64,000 bases of DNA from the NCBI GenBank assembly GCA_965205015.1, contig OZ242029.1:1568001-1632000 (forward strand), read 5' to 3'. The notes beneath the pieces are model-generated. The model was not told the DNA's origin. It did not search any database and saw nothing but the letters and a program-made list of their open reading frames with translations. Both the position numbers and the translations under genes were made by a program. This document shows, one piece after another, positions 22,226 through 31,665 of the stretch (the first letter of the stretch is position 1; each line of letters begins with the position of its first letter). This stretch comes from Candidatus Poribacteria bacterium. GTDB lineage: Bacteria > Poribacteria > WGA-4E > WGA-3G.

Positions 22226-23560
22226 ATGCCGCGAACTTTTAAACTCCCTCACTTCTATCACAGTCCGGTGATCTCTGTCGTGAAGCATGCCCGTCGAGAG
22301 TTGGATGCCCGAAAGCGAGACCTCTCACCGACCTTATTGGATTTCGGACCCGTCCGTTTTAAAATCGCTCGTCATTTTGGGTTCTGCTACGGCGTTGAAA
22401 ATGCCATTGAGATCGCCTATCAGGCGTTAGCGGAAAACCCGGACAAGCGTATTTTTCTACTCTCCGAAATTATTCACAACCCGCGGGTCAACGAAAACCT
22501 GAAACATCGAGGTGTCCGGTTCCTAATGGACACCGCCGGAACGCCACTCCTCCCCTTTGATATTCTAATGCCTGACGATGTTGTCATCGTTCCTGCCTTT
22601 GGAACGACTCTTGAAGTAGAACAGGCACTCAGCGCGCGCGGCGTCACCCTCACAGCCTATAACACGACGTGTCCGTTCGTTGAAAAGGTGTGGCGGCGGA
22701 GTGAGGAAATCGGAAATCAGGATTACACGGTCGTCATTCACGGAAAACGCTACCATGAAGAAACCCGGGCGACCTTTTCCCATGCACAAGCAGGCGCGCC
22801 TGTGGTCGTTGTTCGTGACCTGTCGGAGGCGCAAGCTTTAGCCGCGGTGATATCGGGTGAAAAGGATGCCGCGTTCTTCTTTGAAAAGTTTGCAGACCGA
22901 TTCTCTCCGGGGTTTGATCCCACTGTTCACCTCAAGCGCATCGGTGTTGTCAACCAGACGACGATGCTTGCTACCGAAACACAGGCAATCGCCGATTTAT
23001 TACGAGAGGCGATCCGGACGACTTACGGGGACGCTGAGGACGCTGATATAGGGGCACATTTCGCCGATACGAGAGACACGCTCTGTTATGCCACGAAGGA
23101 GAACCAAGACGCAACGCTCGCCCTCATTGGGGATGGTGGTGACATTGCAGTCGTCGTCGGAGGCTATAATTCCTCGAATACAAGCCATCTTGTGGAGCTT
23201 TGTCAACAACGTCTCCCTACGTATTTCATTCGGGATGCGGACGAGTTACTGAGCCCTACGGAGATTCGGCATCTTGAGTTGGAAACAAAGCAGGTGACGA
23301 TCACGAAGGATTGGCTTTTTCCAAAAAGTAGTCAGCAGTCAGCGGTCAGTGGTCAGCAAGAGGGTATCCCGTTACCAGAGACCTCTTTACCGATGGCTGA
23401 AAGTCGACAGTCGACAGTTATTCCTACTGACATTGTGTTGACTGCTGGTGCCTCTTGTCCTGATGTGTTGCTGGACGAGGTATTACAAAAAATCGTCGGA
23501 TGGTTTCCAAATAGCCGCTCCGTAGAGGAAGTCCTGGAGAGTTATCAACCTGAAGACTAA
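22226..23560 (+). CDS. ispH: 4-hydroxy-3-methylbut-2-enyl diphosphate reductase
   Basis: GFCYGV, IIHN, TTCPFV, HEE, NQTT, TLCYAT, SSNT, TAGASCPD. Confidence 0.95.
   Translation: MPRTFKLPHFYHSPVISVVKHARRELDARKRDLSPTLLDFGPVRFKIARHFGFCYGVENAIEIAYQALAENPDKRIFLLSEIIHNPRVNENLKHRGVRFLMDTAGTPLLPFDILMPDDVVIVPAFGTTLEVEQALSARGVTLTAYNTTCPFVEKVWRRSEEIGNQDYTVVIHGKRYHEETRATFSHAQAGAPVVVVRDLSEAQALAAVISGEKDAAFFFEKFADRFSPGFDPTVHLKRIGVVNQTTMLATETQAIADLLREAIRTTYGDAEDADIGAHFADTRDTLCYATKENQDATLALIGDGGDIAVVVGGYNSSNTSHLVELCQQRLPTYFIRDADELLSPTEIRHLELETKQVTITKDWLFPKSSQQSAVSGQQEGIPLPETSLPMAESRQSTVIPTDIVLTAGASCPDVLLDEVLQKIVGWFPNSRSVEEVLESYQPED
23327..23417 (+). repeat. Family H repeat inserted in frame in ispH
   Basis: (GTCAGCA)-type heptamers, AAGAGG...CCTCTT core, GTCGACA heptamers; encodes SSQQSAVSGQQEGIPLPETSLPMAESRQST. 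Confidence 0.8.
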
Positions 23561-24016
23561 CATCACTGAAACGATTTTTCCCGACCTCATCTCCATGATG
23601 TCCGCGAGGATGTTGTGGATGCCTCGGTGCTTTGCTCATCCATAACGTGCTGTGTTACTGATGAAGTAACAACAGCCCCTTGCCCTATTTTACCCGAATT
23701 AACTAATATCTTTCACAATACGGTATCAGCGGGTATCGCTGTACCTGTTTTTTCTGCCCGTCCCACCTCCGTTTTGTCCAGCGGAGATGGAACGGTTTTT
23801 TTGTGGCATTGGGTCTTCTATGTTATGCACCCTTTCTCACTAAAACCGTGTCTTTAAATTATAAAAACATAAGTAATGTTTAAACCGAACTCGCGTTAAA
23901 TTTAAGAATGCACCCTTTTGACCGAAACGTGTGTCCTTAAATTATAGAGAAAACGTATGTTTGATAAAAGTGGCATGTTGGGTTATCATAGGTAGATCGG
24001 AGAACCTCAATTTACA

Positions 24017-25006
24017 ATGGCAAGAAATACATTACGTGGAGATTATAGTGACATCATCGGCGAGAGTCCGCAGATGCTTGAAGTCCTACACCAAATTGAA
24101 AACGTCGCAGCGACATCGATGAGAATCCTCATTTTTGGCGAAACGGGGACGGGTAAAGGGATGGTCGCGCGTGCGCTGCACAAAAACAGCAATAGATCGG
24201 GAAAAATGGTTTCGCTCAACTGTGCCGCGATACAGGAGACCTTATTGGAAAGTGAGTTGTTTGGACATGAGAAAGGCGCGTTTACAAGTGCCGAGGCACG
24301 GCGTATCGGGAGGTTTGAAAGGGCAGACAAAGGGACACTCTTCTTGGATGAAATCACGGAAATGCCGCTTTCTATGCAGTCGAAACTGTTACATGCAGTT
24401 GAAGAATCTGATATTGAACGCGTCGGTGGCGAAAAGCCGATTCCGGTAGATGTCCGAATCGTAACGGCTACCAACAAAGATCTGGCAGAAGCCGTTAGAG
24501 GTGGGAGGTTTCGTGAAGACCTCTATTATCGCTTAAATGTTGCCTCTATTTCCCTGCCGACGCTGGCAGCGCGCCGCGAAGACATTGAAGCGTTAGTCCT
24601 GCACTTTCTTGGGAAGCATCGCCGACCCAATGCATCAGAAATTCTACAGGTAGCACCGAGGACCTTGGTTCTTCTCAAAAGGTATCCTTGGCCCGGAAAT
24701 GTGCGGGAGTTGGAAAATGTCATTGAAAGAGCATCTCACCTTGTTAAAGGGCAGATGCTCTTACCGGAACACTTACCGAAAAAGTTTCATCCATATCATA
24801 ATCACCGATTGCACATCTCTGAAAAATCATCTACACCGGAAAATGACCAAAGCGTAACGGTTCCGCTCGACATGACGCTTGAAGAGGTGGAAGAAACATT
24901 CATCCGTAAGGTGTTAGCATCGCTTGAGGGAAATCGGACCCAAGCTGCAAAAATGTTAGGGATTGGCAGAAGCACGCTGCAAAGGAAGTTGAAAAGGTAT
25001 AATTAG
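24017..25006 (+). CDS. sigma54-dependent enhancer-binding protein (AAA+ and Fis HTH, no sensory domain)
   Basis: GETGTGK, ESELFGHEKGAFTSA, LFLDEI, FREDLYYRL, WPGNVRELEN, NRTQAAKMLGIGRSTL. Confidence 0.93.
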   Translation: MARNTLRGDYSDIIGESPQMLEVLHQIENVAATSMRILIFGETGTGKGMVARALHKNSNRSGKMVSLNCAAIQETLLESELFGHEKGAFTSAEARRIGRFERADKGTLFLDEITEMPLSMQSKLLHAVEESDIERVGGEKPIPVDVRIVTATNKDLAEAVRGGRFREDLYYRLNVASISLPTLAARREDIEALVLHFLGKHRRPNASEILQVAPRTLVLLKRYPWPGNVRELENVIERASHLVKGQMLLPEHLPKKFHPYHNHRLHISEKSSTPENDQSVTVPLDMTLEEVEETFIRKVLASLEGNRTQAAKMLGIGRSTLQRKLKRYN

Positions 25007-25130
25007 AACTTACGCAGGGTGCTTTTTTGTAGCATAACCTGTTAGGTTGTGCCTAAAAAACCTTCTGCGTTTTTAGGTTAGGGCTACGCCTCTCACAGTG
25101 CATGCCACGGTCAAAATTGCGTGAGTCCTG
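25004..25130. mobile_element. MITE with TAGAACTTACGCA / TGCGTGAGTCCTG imperfect terminal inverted repeats
   Basis: Same TIR pair flanks 36302-36394; the left TIR supplies the activator's TAG stop. Confidence 0.6.
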
Positions 25131-25317
25131 TGGTATTTATTTGGGTGATGCTGGCTCTTGAGGAGGGGATTTTTCGGCTTTTCGTTTTCCTTGTGTAAAA
25201 AACACAGACGTGTTGGCATCGTATAAACGGTATCATCAGTTTTCTGGGCTTGTAGCACTACAGCACTTCCGTAGAACGCGCGAGTGTAGAAACGCAGATG
25301 GAATGATGCGAGTCACA

Positions 25318-25352
25318 TGCATCAATATGGTGCACTGTATCAAAATGAATAG
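25318..25352. promoter_or_regulatory. Putative upstream activator (bEBP enhancer) sites
   Basis: TGCATCAATATGGTGCA (NtrC-like dyad) and adjacent TGTATCAAAATGAATAG, about 170-200 bp upstream of a sigma54 promoter. Confidence 0.55.
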
Positions 25353-25519
25353 TTCAAAATGGGTCTGCATTCGGCGTAACAATAGAAACCTTGAGGGTAG
25401 GAAGAAGATTCTATTCTTCGGAACAGTTGTGGGTAAACCGAATGTGTACTTGTGTTTTGGGCGTATTGTCATAAATAAGGTTTCTTGATTTCAGTGGATT
25501 CGTATTTTATTGAAGGGAT

Positions 25520-25535
25520 TGGCACGAAGTTTGCT
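25520..25535 (+). promoter_or_regulatory. sigma54 (-24/-12) promoter
   Basis: TGGCACGAAGTTTGCT matches TGGCACG-N4-TTGCW. Confidence 0.85.
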
Positions 25536-25835
25536 AACTATGAGGATGTGAGTTTCGACGCAAACGCGTTGGTTCTCATACCAAGTTCACATTTCTTGTA
25601 ATGGCAGTTTCTCTATTTTAAGGTGCGCTGAGGCGCTATCAGCCCCATCAGCGCGGAGAACCCTGCCATAGATAGAGTATGACAGCACTAACCTAATTGT
25701 AGTTCAGAACGCCTTTGTTTGGTGAGATTTTTAGGTTAGTGCCTAATATCAGAGTACAGAGGATTGCCAAAGAGGACAAAATACCACCTTTTTGCCTCCC
25801 TAACGCAATCCATGATAAAAATAGGAGAAAACTTG

Positions 25836-26090
25836 ATGTCCTTTTTGAAAGATAAGAGGGTAGCAGGCACTGTCTCAATCCTTCTTGTGGCAATATTTGC
25901 CGTTGCTTTTTATATGAGTTACATGTCGGGAGCGGAAGCTACCCGTGAAACGATAAATCACTGGCACTACCCAGAGCGGGGGTGGGGCGGGATAGGGCAC
26001 GCAGTATTCCATAAAGGCGTTTCTGATAACTGTGGTGCTGATCATTCTGGAAGTAACATGTGTGGCTGCTATTCGCCGTGTAACTGTTAG
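25836..26090 (+). CDS. Small secreted Cys/His-rich peptide (84 aa)
   Basis: AGGAG RBS before ATG; signal peptide ending AEA; predicted 49-aa mature part with 5 Cys and 5 His, ending MCGCYSPCNC. Confidence 0.7.
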   Translation: MSFLKDKRVAGTVSILLVAIFAVAFYMSYMSGAEATRETINHWHYPERGWGGIGHAVFHKGVSDNCGADHSGSNMCGCYSPCNC

Positions 26091-26174
26091 TATTTTTCTC
26101 AAAAAACATTGCCCCTTCGCGGTCACACTTTTGGTGGCTGTGAGGGGGCAATATGCACAGGAGGTCTTTACACA

Positions 26175-27194
26175 ATGAATTCACAGAAAGGAATTTCTCC
26201 CCGTACTACCGCGATAGTTGGCATTTTGGTTGTGTTGCTGAGTGTCGTCCTCTATTTATACATGCGGTATGATACACAGAAGTTTGTAGCAAGTTTGCCA
26301 GAAGTCCCGAAGACACCCCCCGATGCATCGCTATCCCCGGTTTCATTCACCGAGACGATTTCTTCTACCTCTGCACCTGAAGAGGTTTCTTCTATCTCTG
26401 CATCTGAAGACGTTTCTTCCATCTCTGAACCTGAAGAGGTTCAGGAAACAAAGCAAGAAAAAAAACAAGCCTCAGCAGGTGCCAGCAGTAAGCACGTGGG
26501 ATGTAACCACGCAGGAAGTCACACCCATGGAGCAGGAGGTCACACCCATGGGGACGAAAATACGGAAGATGTACGCAGAAACGAACCAGAACGTTATGGG
26601 GGCTTGACGATTGATGAACTAAATGACTTAGTTCTCGAACTGAGTCAAACAAATGTCCCGAATTTTGAAGAAAGGTTTGATTTATTAGAGGCGGCACTTA
26701 TTGATAAGTTGGGACCCAACCCTGATATTCCAAGGTTGATAGCCAAGTCTAAAATTTTACATATCGCAGATGACATGGCACTCACACTGGACTATAGTGA
26801 CGCAGCGGAGGTAGATAAATATCTCGGCTATGAACCAATAGCAGTCGCTAAGGAGGTAGTCGAGCTCTCTGCCAATATATATGGATACGATGAAGAAGTG
26901 TTCGCAGCATTCGACGCTGCTATACAGGATAAGGCAAAAGAAATAGAGAACATCAAACTCCTCCAAGAGACACGTCCCCTCATACAATCTGCTATTGATG
27001 CGGGTGATCTTTCTCCCGAAGAAGGGGAAGCTGTCATAAAAGACGCAACCGGATTGAATGTTTCCCTGCGCCGGAAGAAGAACACCTCCACTGTGAATGA
27101 ACAGGCATCTCCGGCAGAAAATCCAAGGGGGGCAAGGGGGACAACATTGCCTAAGGATGTTGGCGGAAACACGCCAGATTTTTCTGGAGACTAG
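26175..27194 (+). CDS. Membrane-anchored acidic protein with His-rich motif
   Basis: AGGAGGT RBS; N-terminal TM helix; 27-bp tandem repeats (SAPEEVSSI/SASEDVSSI); CNHAGSHTHGAGGHTHG. Confidence 0.75.
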   Translation: MNSQKGISPRTTAIVGILVVLLSVVLYLYMRYDTQKFVASLPEVPKTPPDASLSPVSFTETISSTSAPEEVSSISASEDVSSISEPEEVQETKQEKKQASAGASSKHVGCNHAGSHTHGAGGHTHGDENTEDVRRNEPERYGGLTIDELNDLVLELSQTNVPNFEERFDLLEAALIDKLGPNPDIPRLIAKSKILHIADDMALTLDYSDAAEVDKYLGYEPIAVAKEVVELSANIYGYDEEVFAAFDAAIQDKAKEIENIKLLQETRPLIQSAIDAGDLSPEEGEAVIKDATGLNVSLRRKKNTSTVNEQASPAENPRGARGTTLPKDVGGNTPDFSGD

Positions 27195-27396
27195 CTTGAA
27201 AAAGACCTTTGTCCCGTGTCCCCCCGCTTGCAGGGGAGAAAAAAACAATGAGAGTCCGCCACACTGTTGGACGTGTCAGCGGGCTCTCCGTAATGATAAC
27301 GCCACCAGAACTGACAACTCTCCCTTTCAAATCGGCAATGAGTTGACTGGGAATTTCTGAGTTAACTCACGTTTCGCAAAAGGAGCGAATCCACAG

Positions 27397-29088
27397 ATGA
27401 AACGGATATATACATTTTTATTGCTTTGCTTTACTTTTGGGGTCATTCTCTCCTGTACGATAGTCCCTCAGGAACAAGTTTCCGAAAGTCGCTTTCCCTC
27501 TGCTGAGTTGGGAGAGCAAAAAAATATCAGGCTACACGCACTCTACAGGGTGCCGCGCCGCATTCCGTTAGGACCGAGTATTCCTCTGGGTGTCGCCGAA
27601 GGTTTGGACGCGGAAAGAGTCAGAAAGTCTATCGTGCAAGTGATTGACAGTGAAGGGCCTCAAGGGAGCGGCTTTTTCGTGGCACCTAACAAGATTGCCA
27701 CGGCCATTCATGTTGTTACTGGGGCTGATCTTGATACCTTACGCGTGAGAAGCGGAGACACAGATTATGCAATTCAAGGGGTCATCGCTTATGATGCCCA
27801 AAACGACCTCGTTGTCCTTAAGGTATCTGGTGGGGGGGTACCGCTCGTCCTCGGCAACAGTGAGACAGTGAGAAGCGGCGATACTGTTTTTTCTGTGGGA
27901 TATTCCTTGGATAGATACAATGTTGTGAAGAATAGTGTGGATTCTTTACAGGGGAGCGGCACATGCATCGAGGTGACACCCCATATCGTTCCAGGCAGCA
28001 GCGGTGGACCCATGTTGAATACTAAGGGTGAGGTCATTGGGATGAATGTCGCTGGCTCCGGTTTTTCGGGTTATGCGATTGTATCAAACGCCCTGAAAAT
28101 ATTATTCGTCGGGTCAGGAACACCGGAATCTGTCAGACAGTGGGAACAGAGGGACTCTGTGCGTGCCTATGTTGTCCTTGGTGAAGCGCACAAGGCATTC
28201 TCGGCAGGAGACCATGCCAACGCAATAGCGACATTCAATAAAGGCATGGCGTTAAACCCTACGTATAGTCGGACGTACGTTGGGATAGTCCCGACATACT
28301 ACAGTCGTGGTCATGCGAAGACGTACCTTGGGCATACGGATTTTTCTAGTGGGAACATAGCGGCAGCGCGCCTCTCCTATCAGCAAGCCATAGAAGATTT
28401 TGATAAAGCTCTCACCCACAACCCCGCAAATATTGCCGCGTATGCCAAACGGGGTCATGCGAAGACGTACCTTGGGCATACGGATTTTTCTAGTGGGAAC
28501 ATAGCGGCAGCGCGCCTCTCCTATCAGCAAGCCATAAAAGATCTTGATAAAGCTCTCACTCACAAACAAACGTACCCGCCTATATACACGGATCGCGGGG
28601 TAACAAAAGTATTCTTAGGTCTCTCTGAAGCCAGCCAAGGGCATGCAGCGGTAGCACTCGGATACTATTCTGGCGCGATTGAGGACTTTAATGAAGCTAT
28701 CCGCCTCAACACAGCAGATGCCTATACCTACGGGTATACCTACGGGGTTCGTGGATATGCCAAAATATGCTTAGGCTATCTTGAATCGGGTAGAGGAAAT
28801 ACAGGTGCAGCCGAAGCCTTATACAAAACAGCGGTAACCGATGCTAATTCAGCACTCCGATTAAATACGGAGAATTCCTACTATTATCATACGCGCGGTG
28901 TTGCGAAAGCGGCTCTTGATGACTACAATGGAGCGATTGATGATTTCGATAGGGCCCTCGATCTGAAGTCGGATTTTACCAGAGCCTACTACAATCGCGC
29001 ACTTGCGAAGGTAGCACTAGGACAACAAGATACAGCAAAGATAGATTTTGAAAAAGCGAGGGAACTCGGTCTAAATGAGAGTAAATGA
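27397..29088 (+). CDS. Trypsin-like serine protease with C-terminal TPRs, probable lipoprotein
   Basis: Lipobox ILSC; GSGF, TAIHVV, DLVVL, GSSGGP catalytic triad; TPR repeats. Confidence 0.88.
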   Translation: MKRIYTFLLLCFTFGVILSCTIVPQEQVSESRFPSAELGEQKNIRLHALYRVPRRIPLGPSIPLGVAEGLDAERVRKSIVQVIDSEGPQGSGFFVAPNKIATAIHVVTGADLDTLRVRSGDTDYAIQGVIAYDAQNDLVVLKVSGGGVPLVLGNSETVRSGDTVFSVGYSLDRYNVVKNSVDSLQGSGTCIEVTPHIVPGSSGGPMLNTKGEVIGMNVAGSGFSGYAIVSNALKILFVGSGTPESVRQWEQRDSVRAYVVLGEAHKAFSAGDHANAIATFNKGMALNPTYSRTYVGIVPTYYSRGHAKTYLGHTDFSSGNIAAARLSYQQAIEDFDKALTHNPANIAAYAKRGHAKTYLGHTDFSSGNIAAARLSYQQAIKDLDKALTHKQTYPPIYTDRGVTKVFLGLSEASQGHAAVALGYYSGAIEDFNEAIRLNTADAYTYGYTYGVRGYAKICLGYLESGRGNTGAAEALYKTAVTDANSALRLNTENSYYYHTRGVAKAALDDYNGAIDDFDRALDLKSDFTRAYYNRALAKVALGQQDTAKIDFEKARELGLNESK

Positions 29089-31504
29089 GTACGATGCTTG
29101 CCAACGAAAAACGTGGAACTCCAACCCATGGCATCTAAATGTTCTCATTCTTGCCTTTGGGAGCATCCTACTGCTCACTTTCTGGATACGTATACAAGGC
29201 ACAAGCAGAATTCCCAATGGACAGTTTACCGGACATGATGCCTATCTCTACTATTGGCAGGCACACATCATATCAGAACATGGACAACTCCCCCCACGCG
29301 ACATGTACCGGTGGTTACCCCTCGGTAGAGATTTAGGGCAGACGCTAAACCTTTACTCTTATGCCCTCGCTTATGTCCATAAATTGATTGTTGTGTGCTT
29401 GCCAAACGTCTCGCTCTATGATGTCTGTGTTTACGCGCCCCCTGTCTGTTTTGTCATAGCCTTGGGTTCTCTCTGCCTTTTTCTTTACTATACTCATGGG
29501 TTTCTCTTTTCCAGTATCGTCGGTGTGCTGTTGGCGACTCTCCCGGGGGCCATCGGGCGCAGTTCTGCCGGTTTTGGAGATAGGGACTCCTGGTGCTTCC
29601 TACTCGCCGTCCTTGCTACGACCACCTATATCGCGTCTTTACAAGCTCACACCCCTCGTGAGCGAATTTACTGGACCCTTGTCAGTGGTAGCACTGTTTT
29701 TCTCGGTGGTCTTAGTTGGGAGGCTTTCGGGCTTTTTGTCGCTATAATCCTCGCTGTAGAACTCTGGAGGTTCTGTTCTACTGAGAGGGGGCAGCATCTA
29801 AAAGAATACGCCCTATGGCTCTTTCTGTTTGTGCCGTGGATTTATCTTGTAAGTCACGCGTATCGGAAGGGTTATGGATTTGCTACCCATGTCCCCGCTT
29901 TGATGATATTCTCACCGATTGTTGTTTTTGTGATCCGTAGTGTCAAGTACCTGCTCCTTGATTTCTCAGAACGCTTCCTGAGGTATGCCCGGCAACTTGC
30001 ATGGCTCTTGACGCTAAGCGGGATCGCGATAGGAGTTTGCTACATAGTTATAAACCTTGACAACCTCGCGTTCACCGCCTACCCTTTTCGCGAAAACCGC
30101 CTGATGCGGAGCATTGAGGAACTCGCCAATCCACAGATGAGTTATTGGATTGAACGCTATGGGAGTATTTTTATCTTAGGCAGCCTCGGATTCATTATTG
30201 AAAGTCTCCGTGTATGGAAATGGAGAGCTGTCCCTTTGAGTGCTGCTCTCATACTCTTTTTTACAACAACCTTCTTTCGTTATCCTGTCAGTAGGGCAAT
30301 AGGTATGGACGGATGCAATATGCTTTTTTTCACTTCGCTGGTACTCGTTCCACTTGGCCTCGGTATAGCGAATCTGCGAAAAAAGGAACCTAAAAACGAA
30401 CTTATAACGCTCACTGCCATCGTGTGGGCACTCGTATGGATAGGCCTCGCGCGCGAAGGGAAACGGTATAATTTTTTTATTGGCGTGCCGCTCGCTTTCG
30501 GCACCGCATCACTTTTGTGTTGGATCTCTGCATACCTAAAACAAAAATTGATGGTAGTAAAGAAACTTAATCCTTATGTTAGACACAGGTGGGTAACGGC
30601 TTGTATTACCATCGCTCTGTTTGTCCCTATCCTGCTTTGGCCTGCATTCGGCGGCCACGCAACATACGCTATCAAAAGAGCCAATCATGTACGGGAACCT
30701 GTTCCTGGACGAGGTGAGATTGCAGCTACATTTCAGTGGATGAGCACCGCACTTCCACAAAATAGTATTGTCGCAGCCAACTGGGAACATGGCAGCCAAC
30801 TCAACGTCCTAGGAGGTGTCAAAACCATCATAGATCAAGATCATTACATCCCCCACTGGATACATCTCTACTACCGACACGTCTTCTGTGCGCAATCAGA
30901 GCAAGAGGCACTCTCTTTTCTGAAAACCCATGGAGTGACACACCTGATGTTGACCCAGAAAGAGATCATTACCTTTTCTGGCAGTCATTCTTTCATTGGT
31001 AGCAATGAGAAGGGTGATCGACACTTCCGCCTCTCTAAACTACGACGGGATAGAATAAACTCCACTGAAACACACTACCGGATGATACCCTACCGGGGTA
31101 CGCCTTTGGATTTTGTTGAGATTGCTGTTCTCTCCCCGGCAAAACGATCCGTGACTGTCCATCTTAAAACACAAGACCCCGTGTCGAAAAATATAATGTG
31201 GGATGCAAATAAGCCAGTTGCTATCCGACTTGGAGAGAGCGGTGTGATTCTCTATTTTGATTTTGAAGGTAAGCCTTACACCGGTTATTATATCCCTCCA
31301 TTAGGGTGGAACAGCCTCGCTGTTAAACTGTTCATGCAGAACGAACAGAGCTCCACTTTTGTTCCCATTTATCTTGTGAATGAAGATGATATTGCCAAAA
31401 CCCAGGTGTGGGAAATTCACTATCCGCCCGACATAAAACCGAACCCGAAATACCTCAAAACAGAGATTCCCGAAATAGAAGCACAGTTACAGGCCCTTGA
31501 ATAA
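29075..31504 (+). CDS. STT3/PglB/AglB-like oligosaccharyltransferase
   Basis: Many TM helices; DAYLYY, GFGDRD, SIEE, KRY, AANWEHGSQL (WWDYG equivalent), IIDQDH. Confidence 0.75.
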   Translation: MRVNEYDACQRKTWNSNPWHLNVLILAFGSILLLTFWIRIQGTSRIPNGQFTGHDAYLYYWQAHIISEHGQLPPRDMYRWLPLGRDLGQTLNLYSYALAYVHKLIVVCLPNVSLYDVCVYAPPVCFVIALGSLCLFLYYTHGFLFSSIVGVLLATLPGAIGRSSAGFGDRDSWCFLLAVLATTTYIASLQAHTPRERIYWTLVSGSTVFLGGLSWEAFGLFVAIILAVELWRFCSTERGQHLKEYALWLFLFVPWIYLVSHAYRKGYGFATHVPALMIFSPIVVFVIRSVKYLLLDFSERFLRYARQLAWLLTLSGIAIGVCYIVINLDNLAFTAYPFRENRLMRSIEELANPQMSYWIERYGSIFILGSLGFIIESLRVWKWRAVPLSAALILFFTTTFFRYPVSRAIGMDGCNMLFFTSLVLVPLGLGIANLRKKEPKNELITLTAIVWALVWIGLAREGKRYNFFIGVPLAFGTASLLCWISAYLKQKLMVVKKLNPYVRHRWVTACITIALFVPILLWPAFGGHATYAIKRANHVREPVPGRGEIAATFQWMSTALPQNSIVAANWEHGSQLNVLGGVKTIIDQDHYIPHWIHLYYRHVFCAQSEQEALSFLKTHGVTHLMLTQKEIITFSGSHSFIGSNEKGDRHFRLSKLRRDRINSTETHYRMIPYRGTPLDFVEIAVLSPAKRSVTVHLKTQDPVSKNIMWDANKPVAIRLGESGVILYFDFEGKPYTGYYIPPLGWNSLAVKLFMQNEQSSTFVPIYLVNEDDIAKTQVWEIHYPPDIKPNPKYLKTEIPEIEAQLQALE

Positions 31505-31665
31505 GTATGCTCGCAAACACCATAACAATTGCTCGAATTCTCCTCACTTTCGTGGTCATCACCCTCTTTGGAAAGCCCCGACCCCTCAACAACGTACTGA
31601 GCGAGGCTTGCGGTTGGCTTTTGTCTGCTTCGGGGGATGCCCTTCTGTTTCACAATGAGAACACG

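Noticed and set aside
23561-23860. Short ORFs downstream of ispH
   Set aside because: No recognisable product or RBS; possibly a decayed remnant but not assignable
25836-26090. Cys-rich peptide as a RiPP (ranthipeptide/lanthipeptide) precursor
   Set aside because: Sec-type signal peptide, and no radical SAM, LanM/LanBC or YcaO maturase or peptide exporter nearby
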